Shown here one piece after another: positions 1 to 10,576 of a stretch of DNA of 64,000 nucleotides. The position numbers and the translations under genes were made by a program. Source of the stretch: Candidatus Saccharimonadales bacterium. Lineage in GTDB: Bacteria; Patescibacteriota; Saccharimonadia; Saccharimonadales; 2-12-FULL-41-12. The first letter of the stretch is position 1. Each line of letters starts with the position of its first letter. Below the pieces are notes generated by a model, which saw nothing but the letters and a program-made list of their open reading frames with translations, was not told the origin of the DNA and searched no databases. The stretch is taken from the NCBI GenBank assembly GCA_041600715.1, contig JBFIJM010000001.1, positions 448,387 through 512,386 of the forward strand, read 5' to 3'.

Positions 1-622
1 CATACGCACTAGGTTCAAATATAAAGTTAGCTTCACTAATAATATCTTCCCCCTGATCAGACTTCTTACCCTGTTCAGACACTGCTTTACTTAGCTCTAT
101 ACGCTTTACGTCCTGCACCATCAATGATATGTACTGCTGGTAATATACTGATGCCGTCTTGTACTTCTGAACATATTTGATAATTGGAGTCACGTTAATA
201 TTCTGATCTTTTTCTGGTAGTTTGAAATATTTCTCAAAACTAATGCCTTTTTGACTTAGCTGTATAGCACCATGATGTCCAATAACAATAATGTCTTGCT
301 TATTTGCATCATAAGTTTCTAGCATGTAACGAATAAGTTTTTGGTCAATATCGCCACTAAAACCACCCTCTGCTGTGATTACTATAAATAACTCTTTATC
401 AATAACATCCGTGTCACTAGTACTTCGACCAAATCTAAATAAGCTATCTACTCGGAGTTGGGTGTATATAGCCCAAAGAGCATCAAAAAACTCGGTAGCT
501 TGAAGTACCTGGTTCTTGATTTTGGCAATCTTCATGCTGGCAATTCCTTCAAATACGCTACTCATCTGAACCATGGCAGACACGCCGGCGCGTTTCTTTT
601 CAAGCTCTTGTAGTCTGCTCAT
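1..622 (-). CDS. atpG: F1 ATP synthase gamma subunit, N-terminal ~207 codons (gene runs off the window start)
   Basis: Not in the ORF track. Manual minus-strand translation from ATG 622-620 is open to position 1: [22 protein letters not shown]...[18 protein letters not shown]...[14 protein letters not shown] start/stop overlap with atpA; gamma-like ITxxxGxxG and FIFEPS motifs; canonical position after alpha. Confidence 0.8.
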   Translation of the reverse strand, partial: MSRLQELEKKRAGVSAMVQMSSVFEGIASMKIAKIKNQVLQATEFFDALWAIYTQLRVDSLFRFGRSTSDTDVIDKELFIVITAEGGFSGDIDQKLIRYMLETYDANKQDIIVIGHHGAIQLSQKGISFEKYFKLPEKDQNINVTPIIKYVQKYKTASVYYQQYISLMVQDVKRIELSKAVSEQGKKSDQGEDIISEANFIFEPSAY

Positions 623-2046
623 CTTTTAAGCTCCACCACACACTTGGTCCTCAGTTCGTCACGAACCGCGTCAAAGTCCTCTTCTTTTTTGATTTTTGCA
701 CCGTATTCTTTAATGTTCGCCTTCAAGGCATCGATGTCCAGTTTTAAACTATCATCAGAATTAAGCACAATATCCATCATGAGTTGTTGCTCGTATAACG
801 AAAAAGTTTCTGACGGGCCCTGGTTAAGAACTTTAAAAATATTCTTTCCTTTCTCTAGGGCAATTTTTCCTTCTAGAGCTAACTCTGATCCAAAATGAGA
901 GAATTCTTCTGCTTCACGATAAGCAGCTAAGGTCTTTAATGTTTTTGCGGCTAGACCCTTTTGTCGCTTGTTGTGGCCTACTCCACCAATACGCGTCACA
1001 CTCAGCCCAGTATTAATCGCAGGTCTAATTCCGCCACGGAATAAGTCCATATCAAGAATCCACTGACCATCAGTGATAGACATAATGTTTGTCGGTAAGT
1101 AAGCAGTGATATCGCCATTCGCAGCATGAACTAGTGGCACGCTAGTTAAGCATTTTCCGGTACTATCCAGACGGCCAGCTCGCTCTAGCAAGCTAGAGTG
1201 AGCGAAGAACATATCACCAGGGTATGAATCACGACCAGGACTAGTACCCACCATTAGGGCCATCTCTCGAACCGCATGGGCATGTGAGGTCAGATCGTCA
1301 TAAATAATAATCGTATCGTTATCGCATTCTTGCCAGAAGTACTCTGCCATTGCACAGGCCACATATGGCGCAAGATAGCTCATAACCAAAGATTCAAACA
1401 TAGTAGATACAACCACCACAGCCGTCTCTAGAGACCCGGTCTCTTGTAATTTTGATAGCAGGTCATCTATATCGCTTCGTCGCTTTGCTATCAAGCAGTA
1501 GACCACAAGTTGATCTGTGTTCTTCTGATTGATCGTAAGCTGAGTTGCAAGGGTACTTTTCCCAGACTTTCCATCCCCAAGAGCAGCGATACGCTGACCG
1601 CGAACCACTGGGAAGATAGCATCTATCGCTGTTATGCCACTCTCTAGCTGAGATTCTAACAATTTACGCTCATATAAAGGTGGGGCAACATTAAACACCT
1701 TACGTGTGCCGTCTGGGGCTATAGAGCCCTTTCCGTCTAGCGGTTCACCATTCACAGAGATTACTCTACCGACAAAGTCTTTACCAACTTTGCAGACTAG
1801 CTCCTGATGCTGAACAACAGCGAGCATGCCAACGCGAAGGTTTTTACTCCCGAGATGCAAAATAATTACCAACTCTTCAGTAACTTCCTGTACAAAACCC
1901 TTACTTCCATCCTCAAACATGATTAGCGCCTGCACGCTTACCGGGTGAAGTCCTTTAACGTTTATCAAGAACTTATCTACAGCTACAACTTCGCCAACCG
2001 GCTGACCACTAGCAACCATTTTATCGAAATGTTGGTTATTATCCAT
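619..2046 (-). CDS. atpA: F1 ATP synthase alpha subunit
   Basis: 475-aa ORF. P-loop GDGKSGKST; alpha-type C-terminal motif [32 protein letters not shown]; sits between delta-like and gamma-like genes. Confidence 0.9.
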   Translation of the reverse strand: MDNNQHFDKMVASGQPVGEVVAVDKFLINVKGLHPVSVQALIMFEDGSKGFVQEVTEELVIILHLGSKNLRVGMLAVVQHQELVCKVGKDFVGRVISVNGEPLDGKGSIAPDGTRKVFNVAPPLYERKLLESQLESGITAIDAIFPVVRGQRIAALGDGKSGKSTLATQLTINQKNTDQLVVYCLIAKRRSDIDDLLSKLQETGSLETAVVVVSTMFESLVMSYLAPYVACAMAEYFWQECDNDTIIIYDDLTSHAHAVREMALMVGTSPGRDSYPGDMFFAHSSLLERAGRLDSTGKCLTSVPLVHAANGDITAYLPTNIMSITDGQWILDMDLFRGGIRPAINTGLSVTRIGGVGHNKRQKGLAAKTLKTLAAYREAEEFSHFGSELALEGKIALEKGKNIFKVLNQGPSETFSLYEQQLMMDIVLNSDDSLKLDIDALKANIKEYGAKIKKEEDFDAVRDELRTKCVVELKR

Positions 2047-2563
2047 TGGATTCCTCGGTCTTAGCTCTAGTAACCTCAGCTATACTCTTGATTAACTCTG
2101 CCCTGCTTTCCACAAAACGGTGCCTCAGGCTCATATCGAACAATTTATTTGTAGTGCGGACTGTGCATCCCGCAGCGATGGTTGGCTGTAATCCTACCTC
2201 AAGTAACAATACTGGATTGATATTACTTCTAAGCCACGACACCGTCTGTAGAAGAAACTGAGCTGATGGCTCAACAGCAAAACTCATGTGTATCCGGGGC
2301 GCGTGAACACTAAACCCAGTAAGAGCGTTCAGTAACTGTGTACGATGTGACGCATCAAGAAGTGAAACGCCATTTATAGATGCGACCTCCTCTAAAGATA
2401 CACTGGTTTTAGGCATCGTAACCGCCTTACCGCCAGATCGTAATGACGCCTGATTTAGCCAATCATCTAGGTTTTTTAGCTCCCGTATTACACGAGAAAG
2501 ATCAACCGAACTCACTAGTCGCGATGGAAGCTTTAGCCCTTCTTGTTTGTGTTGGTCGCTCAT
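2039..2563 (-). CDS. atpH: ATP synthase delta (OSCP) subunit, divergent
   Basis: 174-aa ORF. Size and position between the b-like gene and atpA; 8-nt overlap with atpA. Sequence is too divergent for motif-level proof. Confidence 0.6.
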   Translation of the reverse strand: MSDQHKQEGLKLPSRLVSSVDLSRVIRELKNLDDWLNQASLRSGGKAVTMPKTSVSLEEVASINGVSLLDASHRTQLLNALTGFSVHAPRIHMSFAVEPSAQFLLQTVSWLRSNINPVLLLEVGLQPTIAAGCTVRTTNKLFDMSLRHRFVESRAELIKSIAEVTRAKTEESNG

Positions 2564-2576
2564 AATATTTGTTGTT

Positions 2577-3197
2577 TTAAGTTCCTAAATTAATATCATC
2601 AATTATCGCCTGCTTATTCCTCTCTAATTCGGCCATGATAAACTCAAGTTGATCTTCAAGGCTTATCTGGTTTCCAATTGCACTTAACACATAGTGGTTA
2701 ACAATGGCAGCCATATTGGTACTAAACTGCTCGGTCAAACGCTGTTTCTCAGCGCCCATCTGGTGTTCTAGCTGTTGACCCATCAACTCACGTTGTTGCT
2801 CTACTGTAGCCTGGGTCTTTTCTATGGACTCTAGTGCAAGTTGTTTAGCGTCATTAATCGATTCTTCATACTTAGTGAAAGCTTCTGTCAGAGTTTTTGT
2901 TATCTCTGTCTTCATGTAATCATTAATCTGTGAAGTAGTAAGCCGAAGATCCTGTTGTAGAAACATGGCATTTTCGCCAATAATTTTCTCGAAGTGCAAT
3001 CTTCCCCTGTTTCTAAGTTCTTCTCTAAACTCGTCGTTGAATATATGCTCAATATCGGTTTCTGCTACTTTTGCATAGTCTGGGTCTTCTATTGGAGTAG
3101 CAGTACCCTTACCTAGTCTTACTGCAACCCAAATAAATGCGAAAGTTGCAGACAGTAACGATCCGACGATCAGCCCTGTCTGTATCCATGATTCCAT
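2577..3197 (-). CDS. atpF: ATP synthase F0 subunit b-like (one N-terminal TM helix plus long charged coiled coil)
   Basis: 206 aa. N-terminal hydrophobic helix (IQTGLIVGSLLSATFAFIWVAV) followed by E/K/Q-rich helical sequence; located immediately upstream of atpH. Confidence 0.6.
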   Translation of the reverse strand: MESWIQTGLIVGSLLSATFAFIWVAVRLGKGTATPIEDPDYAKVAETDIEHIFNDEFREELRNRGRLHFEKIIGENAMFLQQDLRLTTSQINDYMKTEITKTLTEAFTKYEESINDAKQLALESIEKTQATVEQQRELMGQQLEHQMGAEKQRLTEQFSTNMAAIVNHYVLSAIGNQISLEDQLEFIMAELERNKQAIIDDINLGT

Positions 3198-3245
3198 TTG
3201 TCCGCACCCCCTAGATTGTTCTGTTGCTACAAAACGAGCAAAACG

Positions 3246-4091
3246 TTAAAGCTTTAGTAGTAAATATACCCCAAAAATGCCTGTAATGAAAACTATTAAG
3301 CTCATTATTACCACTTGAAATAGTCCTCGGTAGATGGATGCTTTAGAAAGTGGATTACGTCCAACAGAGATCACACTGCTTCTAACCCCGCTATACAGCA
3401 TGGTGCCAGCAATAATCGATGCCCCCGCAAAAACGGCTAAACCAATAAATAGTTTAGTGCTACTAACAGGTTTATCCGCCACATCTTCGGCGAATTTCTG
3501 TAAAGCATCAGGTACTTTGTCTTTTTCAGGAATTTTGAGAGAGGGGTTCTTCCCAAAAGCCACATCTACTTGAATACGTCCTATTTGTACTTTTTTATTA
3601 TTTTTTCCGTCAACTTCGCCAATAGAGTCGCCACCTCCCTTAAAGTCACCCGCTGCGACACCAATAACATAGGGCGACTTCTCTGTAGCTTTTGCGCCTA
3701 TACCAGGGGAGGACGACACGCTAATGTAATCGCCTCGTTTAATAGACCCATTTTCATTGCTTACTAGAACCTCGTAAGGGCCCGCACTAGCAACAAATAT
3801 ACGACGATCTTCACTACTTATAGTTACTGGGGAATCATTCTGTTCTGCAACCACTCCCTTGAACCTCTCAGCGGACTCTTTTGTTAGTGCACTAACTTTG
3901 GTCTCGTCGCCTTCTACTCCTACTACCAACATACCCCTTTGGAGTTTTTCATCTGAGGCATAACCCTGAAGTACGGTCTGAGCAGATCCCGGCAGGACAA
4001 CGCTCATCATTATCAATATTACTAGCGCACCAAAAGCTAGACCCCGCTGGCTATATACTCTTCTTTTAACAGATGTGTTTATTTTTGGCAT
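3246..4091 (-). CDS. Exported/membrane protein of unknown function with C-terminal two-helix hairpin
   Basis: 281 aa. N-terminal signal/anchor (GLAFGALVILIMMSVVLPGSAQT), ~190-aa soluble domain, then two C-terminal TM helices joined by the polar loop VGRNPLSK. Occupies the slot where atpB/atpE normally lie. Confidence 0.7.
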   Translation of the reverse strand: MPKINTSVKRRVYSQRGLAFGALVILIMMSVVLPGSAQTVLQGYASDEKLQRGMLVVGVEGDETKVSALTKESAERFKGVVAEQNDSPVTISSEDRRIFVASAGPYEVLVSNENGSIKRGDYISVSSSPGIGAKATEKSPYVIGVAAGDFKGGGDSIGEVDGKNNKKVQIGRIQVDVAFGKNPSLKIPEKDKVPDALQKFAEDVADKPVSSTKLFIGLAVFAGASIIAGTMLYSGVRSSVISVGRNPLSKASIYRGLFQVVIMSLIVFITGIFGVYLLLKL

Positions 4092-4127
4092 AGTGTTGCA
4101 ATCTTATGCATAGTATAGCGCTGTAGT

Positions 4128-5279
4128 TTAGTTTTGGGCAAGTGTCTCAGCAATCGAAGCCACTAATCTCTCAACATCCTGTTGGCTAGTCTGGCGACCC
4201 ATTGTAAACCTAAGCGACCCTGATATTTGCTGGTCGCTTAGGTTCATAGCCTTCAGAACATGTGACGGAACATCACTACTGGCGCTACATGCAGAACCGG
4301 TTGATGCACTAAAACCCATCTCATCGAGCATCATAATTATTCGCTCGTTATCCTGCCCCTCAAGAGTAATATGTAAATTGTTTGGCAAACGGTGCTTCCT
4401 GTGGCCATTAATTTTTGCTCCTGGAATACGGCTTATTAACTGATCAAAAAATAAATGTTGCAAAATCTGAAGTCTGTCGACTTCAATACTTCTTAGCGCT
4501 TGGGCCTTTTGTAGTGCAACACTAAAACCAACAATTTGTGCTAAGTTCTCGCTCCCGCTTCTTAAACCTCTCTCCTGGCCACCTCCGTATAAAATTGGCT
4601 CCAGTTGCAAACCCGACTTTACATAAAGTATTCCTGATTGCTTTGGGCCGTACATTTTACCCCCGTTCAGGGTTAACATATCTACGCCCAATCTATGTGC
4701 ATGAATATCTAGATAATTAGACGCTTGGGCACCATCAGTATGAAAATATAGCGGAGTAGGATTTCCGACTTCTTTACGCTGTTTACGTATAATTTCTAGC
4801 TCTTTAGCAATCTTAGCGATTGGTTGGACTGTCCCTACTTCGTTACTTGCGAGTATTATACTGATCAACACAGTCTCTTCATCGATTTTACCTATCAAAG
4901 ACTCAATATCTACAAGGCCTTTATCGTCTACATCTGCAGTTTTAACTTGATACTTTTCCGCAGGAGCGCTTATCGACTCATGCTCTATGGCCGATATTAC
5001 AATATTCCCAGATGGAAACTGGCTCATTACTCCTCTAATCGCTAAGTTGTTTGCCTCGGTAGCCCCTGCTGTAAATATTATGTCGACCGGCTTAACTCCA
5101 ATTACTTCAGCTACAGTTTTTCGCGAATCTTCAAGCACGCTTTTTGATTTTCTAGCTGACTCGTATATTGCTGAAGGATTAAAAAAACAACCTTCTAAAA
5201 AAGGTGTCATTGCGTTAATCACATCTGTGTCCAGAGGCGTTGCAGCCGCATAATCAAAATATCCTGATGGTACCGACAT
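4128..5279 (-). CDS. Cysteine desulfurase (NifS/IscS class V aminotransferase)
   Basis: PLP-lysine context LNGGKMYGPKQSG; active-site Cys in STGSACSA; FDYAAATPL N-terminus. Start moved to ATG at 5279 (MSVPSGYFDY) because the longer ORF overlaps the upstream gene that stops at 5281. Confidence 0.85.
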   Translation of the reverse strand: MSVPSGYFDYAAATPLDTDVINAMTPFLEGCFFNPSAIYESARKSKSVLEDSRKTVAEVIGVKPVDIIFTAGATEANNLAIRGVMSQFPSGNIVISAIEHESISAPAEKYQVKTADVDDKGLVDIESLIGKIDEETVLISIILASNEVGTVQPIAKIAKELEIIRKQRKEVGNPTPLYFHTDGAQASNYLDIHAHRLGVDMLTLNGGKMYGPKQSGILYVKSGLQLEPILYGGGQERGLRSGSENLAQIVGFSVALQKAQALRSIEVDRLQILQHLFFDQLISRIPGAKINGHRKHRLPNNLHITLEGQDNERIIMMLDEMGFSASTGSACSASSDVPSHVLKAMNLSDQQISGSLRFTMGRQTSQQDVERLVASIAETLAQN

Positions 5280-5280
5280 G

Positions 5281-5661
5281 CTACCGATTATAAATTGGTT
5301 CGTAGATTTCGGCCATGACCCGACGCTCGTATGCATTTACAGCATCACGGATTCTTAATGCCTCTTGATCAGAAATAGACTGATAAGCACGTCCATCCTG
5401 CGCTTTCACAATACCATTTGGTCGTATATCATAACGGGTTGTTCGTGATTGTTTATTCCCTTTTGTGTCAGTCCACTCTTCGTACCATACCCATGTGTGC
5501 TCATCCAAACAAAAAAAATCTCTTCGACCGCCTTTTGGAACAGGCCCAAATAACTGTCCGCCAATCTTAGCCTCATGTCGCAAAAGATCACGCTGTAATT
5601 TATCAGCACGTTCTTGTGGTGTTTTGGTTACTTTCGCGACATGTAAGATTTTTTTTAACAT
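5281..5661 (-). CDS. Hypothetical protein (126 aa)
   Basis: Intact ORF tightly packed between neighbours. No recognisable motif. Confidence 0.55.
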   Translation of the reverse strand: MLKKILHVAKVTKTPQERADKLQRDLLRHEAKIGGQLFGPVPKGGRRDFFCLDEHTWVWYEEWTDTKGNKQSRTTRYDIRPNGIVKAQDGRAYQSISDQEALRIRDAVNAYERRVMAEIYEPIYNR

Positions 5662-5679
5662 AATTAAATTATGATTAAA

Positions 5680-6024
5680 CTATTTATTCTCTAATGCCTT
5701 CGCTACGAGGGCTTGGGCGGACTCAACGAAGGTAACCGGATCAACAGGAGAATTATCTTGATGCTCTACCGGCGCCACTACGCCAGGCATATTTGCAATT
5801 AGCTCAGCGTCATACTGCCTTCGGTCATCAATCTCTCGTTTGACTTTTATTGCCTCTGCCACCCTTTTATCAATATCACTTACAGCGCGTCTAACATTAT
5901 TAGCCCCAAACTGAACTGTCCGTACTCGATCATTTATGGTACTACCTACCTCTGGTGAAAAGCCACGAATCTCACGCTGTGCGCGTAGAATCTCACCAGA
6001 ACCATCTAAACTACCATCTATCAT
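5680..6024 (-). CDS. Hypothetical protein (114 aa)
   Basis: Intact ORF in the co-oriented gene string. No recognisable motif. Confidence 0.5.
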   Translation of the reverse strand: MIDGSLDGSGEILRAQREIRGFSPEVGSTINDRVRTVQFGANNVRRAVSDIDKRVAEAIKVKREIDDRRQYDAELIANMPGVVAPVEHQDNSPVDPVTFVESAQALVAKALENK

Positions 6025-6038
6025 AAAACTCTTTCCTC

Positions 6039-6827
6039 TTACTTCACGTTAAATAAACTACATGCATTGCCTGTGGTCGTACGCGCTAGTAACCCGATCT
6101 CTTCTTTCCGTAGTTCACTTAGAAACTTAGCGGTAAGAACGATATGTTCGGGCCTACATATCTTACCACGAAATGGCTTTGGAGTCAAGTACGGGGCGTC
6201 CGTTTCCAACAGAAGTTTTTCTAGGGGCACTTCTTTTGCAGCTAGAAGTTGTTCTTCGTCTTTTGTAAACGTCATGATGCCATTCAAGGCTACGTACAAA
6301 TTTCTCGCAAGCGCATGTGATAGATCTACACGCGTACCAGTAAAGCAGTGTACCACACCCTTGAGACTTTGACTAGTGTTAAACTGATCAAATATTGGCC
6401 AAAAGTCATTGTAGGCTTCTCTTATATGCAACACTATTGGCAAATTTGTTTCTTGTGCTAATTGAAAGTGTAGCTTTAGTAATTTAAGCTGGTCTTCTTT
6501 TGTCGAGTGTTCGTAGTAATAATCCAGCCCAAATTCCCCGATTGCCACGATCTTATTCTTTGATTGTTCATTCAGTAAGTCTCTTAGTTTAGCCTCGTTC
6601 AAAGCATCTGCAAGAAAACTAGATGCTTCGTGAGGATGAACGCCGACCACAGCCCACACATTGTCGTGCTTTGAAGCAAATTCTACAGCCCTAACGCTAC
6701 TATCGACATCACAGCCTACAGCCAGCATACGTGTAACACCTGCTTTTACAGATGCCTCCCATACTTCGTCAGCGTTTAGAGAATAATCAGCAAAATGAAT
6801 ATGCGCATGGGTATCAAAAAATTCCAT
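6039..6827 (-). CDS. tatD: TatD-family metal-dependent hydrolase/DNase
   Basis: FDTHAHIHF N-terminal His motif, GEFGLDYYY, VLHIREA, ETDAPYL. This is the classic TatD signature set. Confidence 0.85.
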   Translation of the reverse strand: MEFFDTHAHIHFADYSLNADEVWEASVKAGVTRMLAVGCDVDSSVRAVEFASKHDNVWAVVGVHPHEASSFLADALNEAKLRDLLNEQSKNKIVAIGEFGLDYYYEHSTKEDQLKLLKLHFQLAQETNLPIVLHIREAYNDFWPIFDQFNTSQSLKGVVHCFTGTRVDLSHALARNLYVALNGIMTFTKDEEQLLAAKEVPLEKLLLETDAPYLTPKPFRGKICRPEHIVLTAKFLSELRKEEIGLLARTTTGNACSLFNVK

Positions 6828-6871
6828 TACTCCCTATTATCCCATACCTTTGCTGTGATACCCTTTGATAT

Positions 6872-7723
6872 ATGCCCAAAACTCCTTTTCAGATTTGTTG
6901 GAATCAAGCCAAGCAACGTGCATTAGCCGACGGACTTAAGATTGTTGAGCATGGATGGGAGCAACATGTAATTATTGACGAGCCTAACGGGCTTGTTTAC
7001 CGCTATCCACGCCATCAGGACGCATCAAATAAGCTTGCAGACGAGGTTGCTCTCTTAAGAACGCTAAATCAGTCTGAATGGACGGTTCGTATACCTTTCT
7101 TACGCCATCATACTAACCAATATTCTGTTTACGATTATATCCCTGGGTCAGTAGTAGACAGTAAAGTAGCCCGGCTTCTTAGCGATAACGAGACCGCAAA
7201 TCTGGGTCATGACCTAGGGCTTTTCCTCGCCCAATTACATGGAGTGAGCACCAAAATTATTGAAGAAAAGATGACAAAACAAACTATGAGCTTGCTTAAC
7301 TACTACTGTCAAAGGATTAATCACGGCAAAAAATCTGAGTTTTATAAAAAAGCCTGCCAAGATCTTGACCAAATAATTGGTCATCCTGCTGTAGCCCACA
7401 CTGTAGTTCACGGCGATCTTCATGGATTAAATATGGTTATTGACTCTAAAACCAAGCAGTTGGTGGGAGTAATCGATTTTAGCGAACTGGAAATTGGTGA
7501 TCCACACCAGGACTTTCGTAAATTATTCATGACTGACGAGCGTCTTCTTGCTCCGAGTCTCGAGAAGTACGGTGATGTGACGGGCAAAAAACTATCCGAG
7601 GAAATTGTAAAAGCATGGGCATATGTAAACGAATGGGCCAATGTATGTTTTTATTATCAGACGCCTAGCAACCCAACCTACAGGCGCGCATATGGCCATC
7701 TTAAAAAATGGTCTCGGCTCTAG
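6872..7723 (+). CDS. Aminoglycoside/choline-kinase-like phosphotransferase (APH family)
   Basis: Catalytic loop VVHGDLHGLNMVID and downstream VIDFSELEIGDPHQDF (Brenner/DFG-like motifs of the APH fold). Confidence 0.65.
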   Translation: MPKTPFQICWNQAKQRALADGLKIVEHGWEQHVIIDEPNGLVYRYPRHQDASNKLADEVALLRTLNQSEWTVRIPFLRHHTNQYSVYDYIPGSVVDSKVARLLSDNETANLGHDLGLFLAQLHGVSTKIIEEKMTKQTMSLLNYYCQRINHGKKSEFYKKACQDLDQIIGHPAVAHTVVHGDLHGLNMVIDSKTKQLVGVIDFSELEIGDPHQDFRKLFMTDERLLAPSLEKYGDVTGKKLSEEIVKAWAYVNEWANVCFYYQTPSNPTYRRAYGHLKKWSRL

Positions 7724-7726
7724 TTC

Positions 7727-9175
7727 TTACTCGGGCTGATCGTGCTTAGGGAACAACGTGTCATCTAGTTTTTGGACTACCCCTGCAGAAAATGTATTGT
7801 TAATTTTCTTTGCAGTATCGGGCATAAATGGCTGTAATAACTGAGCTATTTCTAGCAAACAGCTCGACATGTAGGCCAACACTTCTCGCAAGTGATCTTC
7901 CTCATTATTCTTTGCTAGCACCCACGGCTTTTCTTCTTCTATGTATTGATTTAACCCACGTACCTGTTCCCACACTTCTTCAAGAGCTTTATCGAATCGA
8001 CATTCAGAAAGCGCAGAATGATACTTAGCAACATCATGTTCTGCGCCAGGAATATCACCTATGACACCGTCTTGATACTTAGTTATCATTGCAGTGGTAC
8101 GACTAACAGCATTACCTAGCTCGTTTGCTAGTTCATTGTTGTAGACCGCTTCAAACCTTTCCCATGTAAAATCACCGTCATCATAACTTGGCATATGCCG
8201 AAGCAAGTAATAACGTAATGCATCTATTCCATACTTATCTACAATTTCTTTAGGATGAATTCCATTATCTAATGACTTGCTCACCTTTTGTCCGTCAATA
8301 TTCAAGAACCCGTGGACATACAAAGTTTTGGGCAATGGCAATCCCAGGCCTAGTAACATTCCTGGCCAAATCGCAGCATGAAAACGAGAAATGTCCTTAC
8401 CAACTACTTGCACATCTGCCGGCCAAAATGTCTTAAAGTCCTGGTGTTCTGGGTAGCCAAGTACTGTTATGTAGTTCATCAACGCTTCAAACCATACATA
8501 CATAACCTGAGTTTCGTCATCAGGCACCGGTACACCCCAGGTAATCTTATCCTTCGGTCGAGAAATACTGATGTCATGCAATCCCTCTTTTACAACACTG
8601 AGGATTTCATTCTTTCGGCTGGTGGGAATAATTTTAAATTCACCCTTCATGATAGACGCACAAATAGTGTCAGAAAAAGCACTCAGCTTGAAGAAGTAGT
8701 TTTCTTCTAACAGCTTTTCGTATGAGCGGTTATGTTGTGGGCATACATTATTGTTCTCTTTTACTACAGCCTCTGTAACAAAGGCTTCACAACCCGTACA
8801 GTACCAACCTTCATAGTTTTTCTTGTAAATATGTTTCGATAGAGCTTTCCATATCAAAGAAGCCCTCTGTTCATGCCCAGGGTCGGTTGTCCTAATAAAT
8901 CGGTCGTTGCTCATGTTTATCAGTGGACCAAGCTCACGCCAACGATCACTCATTTCTTTAGCGTATTCTTTAACAGGCTTACCTAGCTCATTAGCCTTTT
9001 CTTCTACCTTGCCTCCGTGTTCGTCTGTGCCGGTGCTCAGTAGCACATTCTTACCCTGAGAACGTGCGTATCTGGCCAGCACATCAGCCGTCAACAACTC
9101 ATAAGTATGCCCTATATGAGGATCGCCGTTAATGTACGGTATGGACGTAGTTATATAAAATTTTTCTTGATTCAT
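7727..9175 (-). CDS. metG: Methionyl-tRNA synthetase (minimal form, no C-terminal tRNA-binding domain)
   Basis: HIGH motif (PYINGDPHIGH), KMSKS variant (KVSKSLDN), Cys knuckle CTGCEAF...CPQH. Confidence 0.95.
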   Translation of the reverse strand: MNQEKFYITTSIPYINGDPHIGHTYELLTADVLARYARSQGKNVLLSTGTDEHGGKVEEKANELGKPVKEYAKEMSDRWRELGPLINMSNDRFIRTTDPGHEQRASLIWKALSKHIYKKNYEGWYCTGCEAFVTEAVVKENNNVCPQHNRSYEKLLEENYFFKLSAFSDTICASIMKGEFKIIPTSRKNEILSVVKEGLHDISISRPKDKITWGVPVPDDETQVMYVWFEALMNYITVLGYPEHQDFKTFWPADVQVVGKDISRFHAAIWPGMLLGLGLPLPKTLYVHGFLNIDGQKVSKSLDNGIHPKEIVDKYGIDALRYYLLRHMPSYDDGDFTWERFEAVYNNELANELGNAVSRTTAMITKYQDGVIGDIPGAEHDVAKYHSALSECRFDKALEEVWEQVRGLNQYIEEEKPWVLAKNNEEDHLREVLAYMSSCLLEIAQLLQPFMPDTAKKINNTFSAGVVQKLDDTLFPKHDQPE

Positions 9176-9291
9176 TAGGTTACTTTCGATTGGTTAATAA
9201 TTTACTATGTGCAGACTAAGAAATTATGCCCAGTCAGGCATCCTGCGACCAAAGTTATTAACACTTATAATCATACTAATAGTATAGCAGA

Positions 9292-9447
9292 TCAACTTGA
9301 GGACAAGTGCCACCACTCACATTGTCGACACTCGTACGTCTTGAGGACAATTCCACGTTGATGTTTGATTGTAGTAGCAACAGCCTGTGCTTCTTTCTGA
9401 GTTGCGAATCGCAACTTATCTGCACATTCCAACTGTTCGGAATCCAT
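9292..9447 (-). CDS. Small Cys-containing hypothetical protein (51 aa)
   Basis: Start trimmed to the ATG at 9447 (MDSEQLECADKL...). The longer ORF overlaps the upstream membrane gene that stops at 9452. Contains CRQC plus one further Cys. Confidence 0.4.
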   Translation of the reverse strand: MDSEQLECADKLRFATQKEAQAVATTIKHQRGIVLKTYECRQCEWWHLSSS

Positions 9448-9451
9448 ATTA

Positions 9452-10501
9452 TTACTTAGGCTCGGCATGACTAGTTCTATTTTCTGCCCAAGACTGTGCC
9501 AAAGCAGTAATAATAATTGAAAGTCCAATTAGCCCGGTAATGATTTCGGGTACCTCAAATTTCAATGAAGTTAACATAATCACCCCTAGAGCTAAGATTG
9601 CATAATGCGCTCCATGTTCCAGATATTTGTATTGATCCAGAATTCCCCGACGAAGCATATGAATGGTAATGGTGCGAACGTACAAGGCTCCTATGCCCAA
9701 GCCAATAGCAATAAGTAATATTTGATTGGTGATCGCAAAGGCACCTATTACACCATCGAGACTGAAACTGGCGTCTATAACTTCAAGATAGATGAAACCA
9801 ATAAGCCCCGCTCTAAATGTTGCCTTACCGCTTGCAGAGAGATTCTTTTCTATACCTACTCTGTGTAGCAATCGATCAGCTGTATGTATGGCAAGATATA
9901 CGCCCATGCCAGCCAATCCAGCTGTAATCACGGTACTAACCTCTTCCCCGTGGACTGCTCGAGATGCTAACAGTAAAGCAACCAATGCAATCACTACACT
10001 CGCAGGACGAAAATAGTCTTTTACTCTTTGGAGTGGTCTTTCGATTGGTGTGAGCCATAATATTTTGCGTTTCTCAAAAAAGTAATCCAGGGCAATCAAA
10101 AGTAAAAACATACCACCGAATGATGCAATCATAGGATGGGCAAGCTCTAGTTGATGGCCATATTCAGTCGGATTATTGAGCGCTAGATCTACGACACTGC
10201 TAAAGCTCTTGTTGATGGCAACTGCTACTAATAAGACTGGGAGCAGGACTCGAACACCAAATACAGCGATTAAAATACCCACCGTCAAAAATACTTGTTG
10301 CCAAGCTGGACTCATTCTTTTGAGAATCTTCGCGTTTATAACAGCGTTGTCAAAACTGAGACTTATCTCGAGTACGGCAAGAGCAAGCACCAAGAAAAGG
10401 CCTTTTAGCCCAGTTTCGATACCAGCAAATACAATGAGTCCGAGGGACACAATGGTAGAAAAGGCGTAAATACGCCATAAAGATGCCTGTCTAGCGGTCA
10501 T
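9452..10501 (-). CDS. Polytopic integral membrane protein, TerC/DUF475-like
   Basis: 349 aa, about 9 predicted hydrophobic helices. The EISLSFDNAVINA motif is reminiscent of the TerC/DUF475 family. Assignment is from memory of the motif only. Confidence 0.5.
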   Translation of the reverse strand: MTARQASLWRIYAFSTIVSLGLIVFAGIETGLKGLFLVLALAVLEISLSFDNAVINAKILKRMSPAWQQVFLTVGILIAVFGVRVLLPVLLVAVAINKSFSSVVDLALNNPTEYGHQLELAHPMIASFGGMFLLLIALDYFFEKRKILWLTPIERPLQRVKDYFRPASVVIALVALLLASRAVHGEEVSTVITAGLAGMGVYLAIHTADRLLHRVGIEKNLSASGKATFRAGLIGFIYLEVIDASFSLDGVIGAFAITNQILLIAIGLGIGALYVRTITIHMLRRGILDQYKYLEHGAHYAILALGVIMLTSLKFEVPEIITGLIGLSIIITALAQSWAENRTSHAEPK

Positions 10502-10576
10502 TATCTATTAGTATACAAGATTTAGTAAGCTACTAGATCATCGTCCTTTCCGTTTTTTGTTTTTTCTTGCGTCTAG

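Noticed and set aside
3246-3460. C-terminal hairpin of the 281-aa protein as a bona fide ATP synthase c subunit (fusion)
   Set aside because: It has no acidic ion-binding residue in helix 2, no GxGxGxG packing motif in helix 1, and a large extracytoplasmic N-terminal domain. The resemblance is limited to a helix / R-x-P loop / helix layout. It is kept only as a curiosity in the operon finding.
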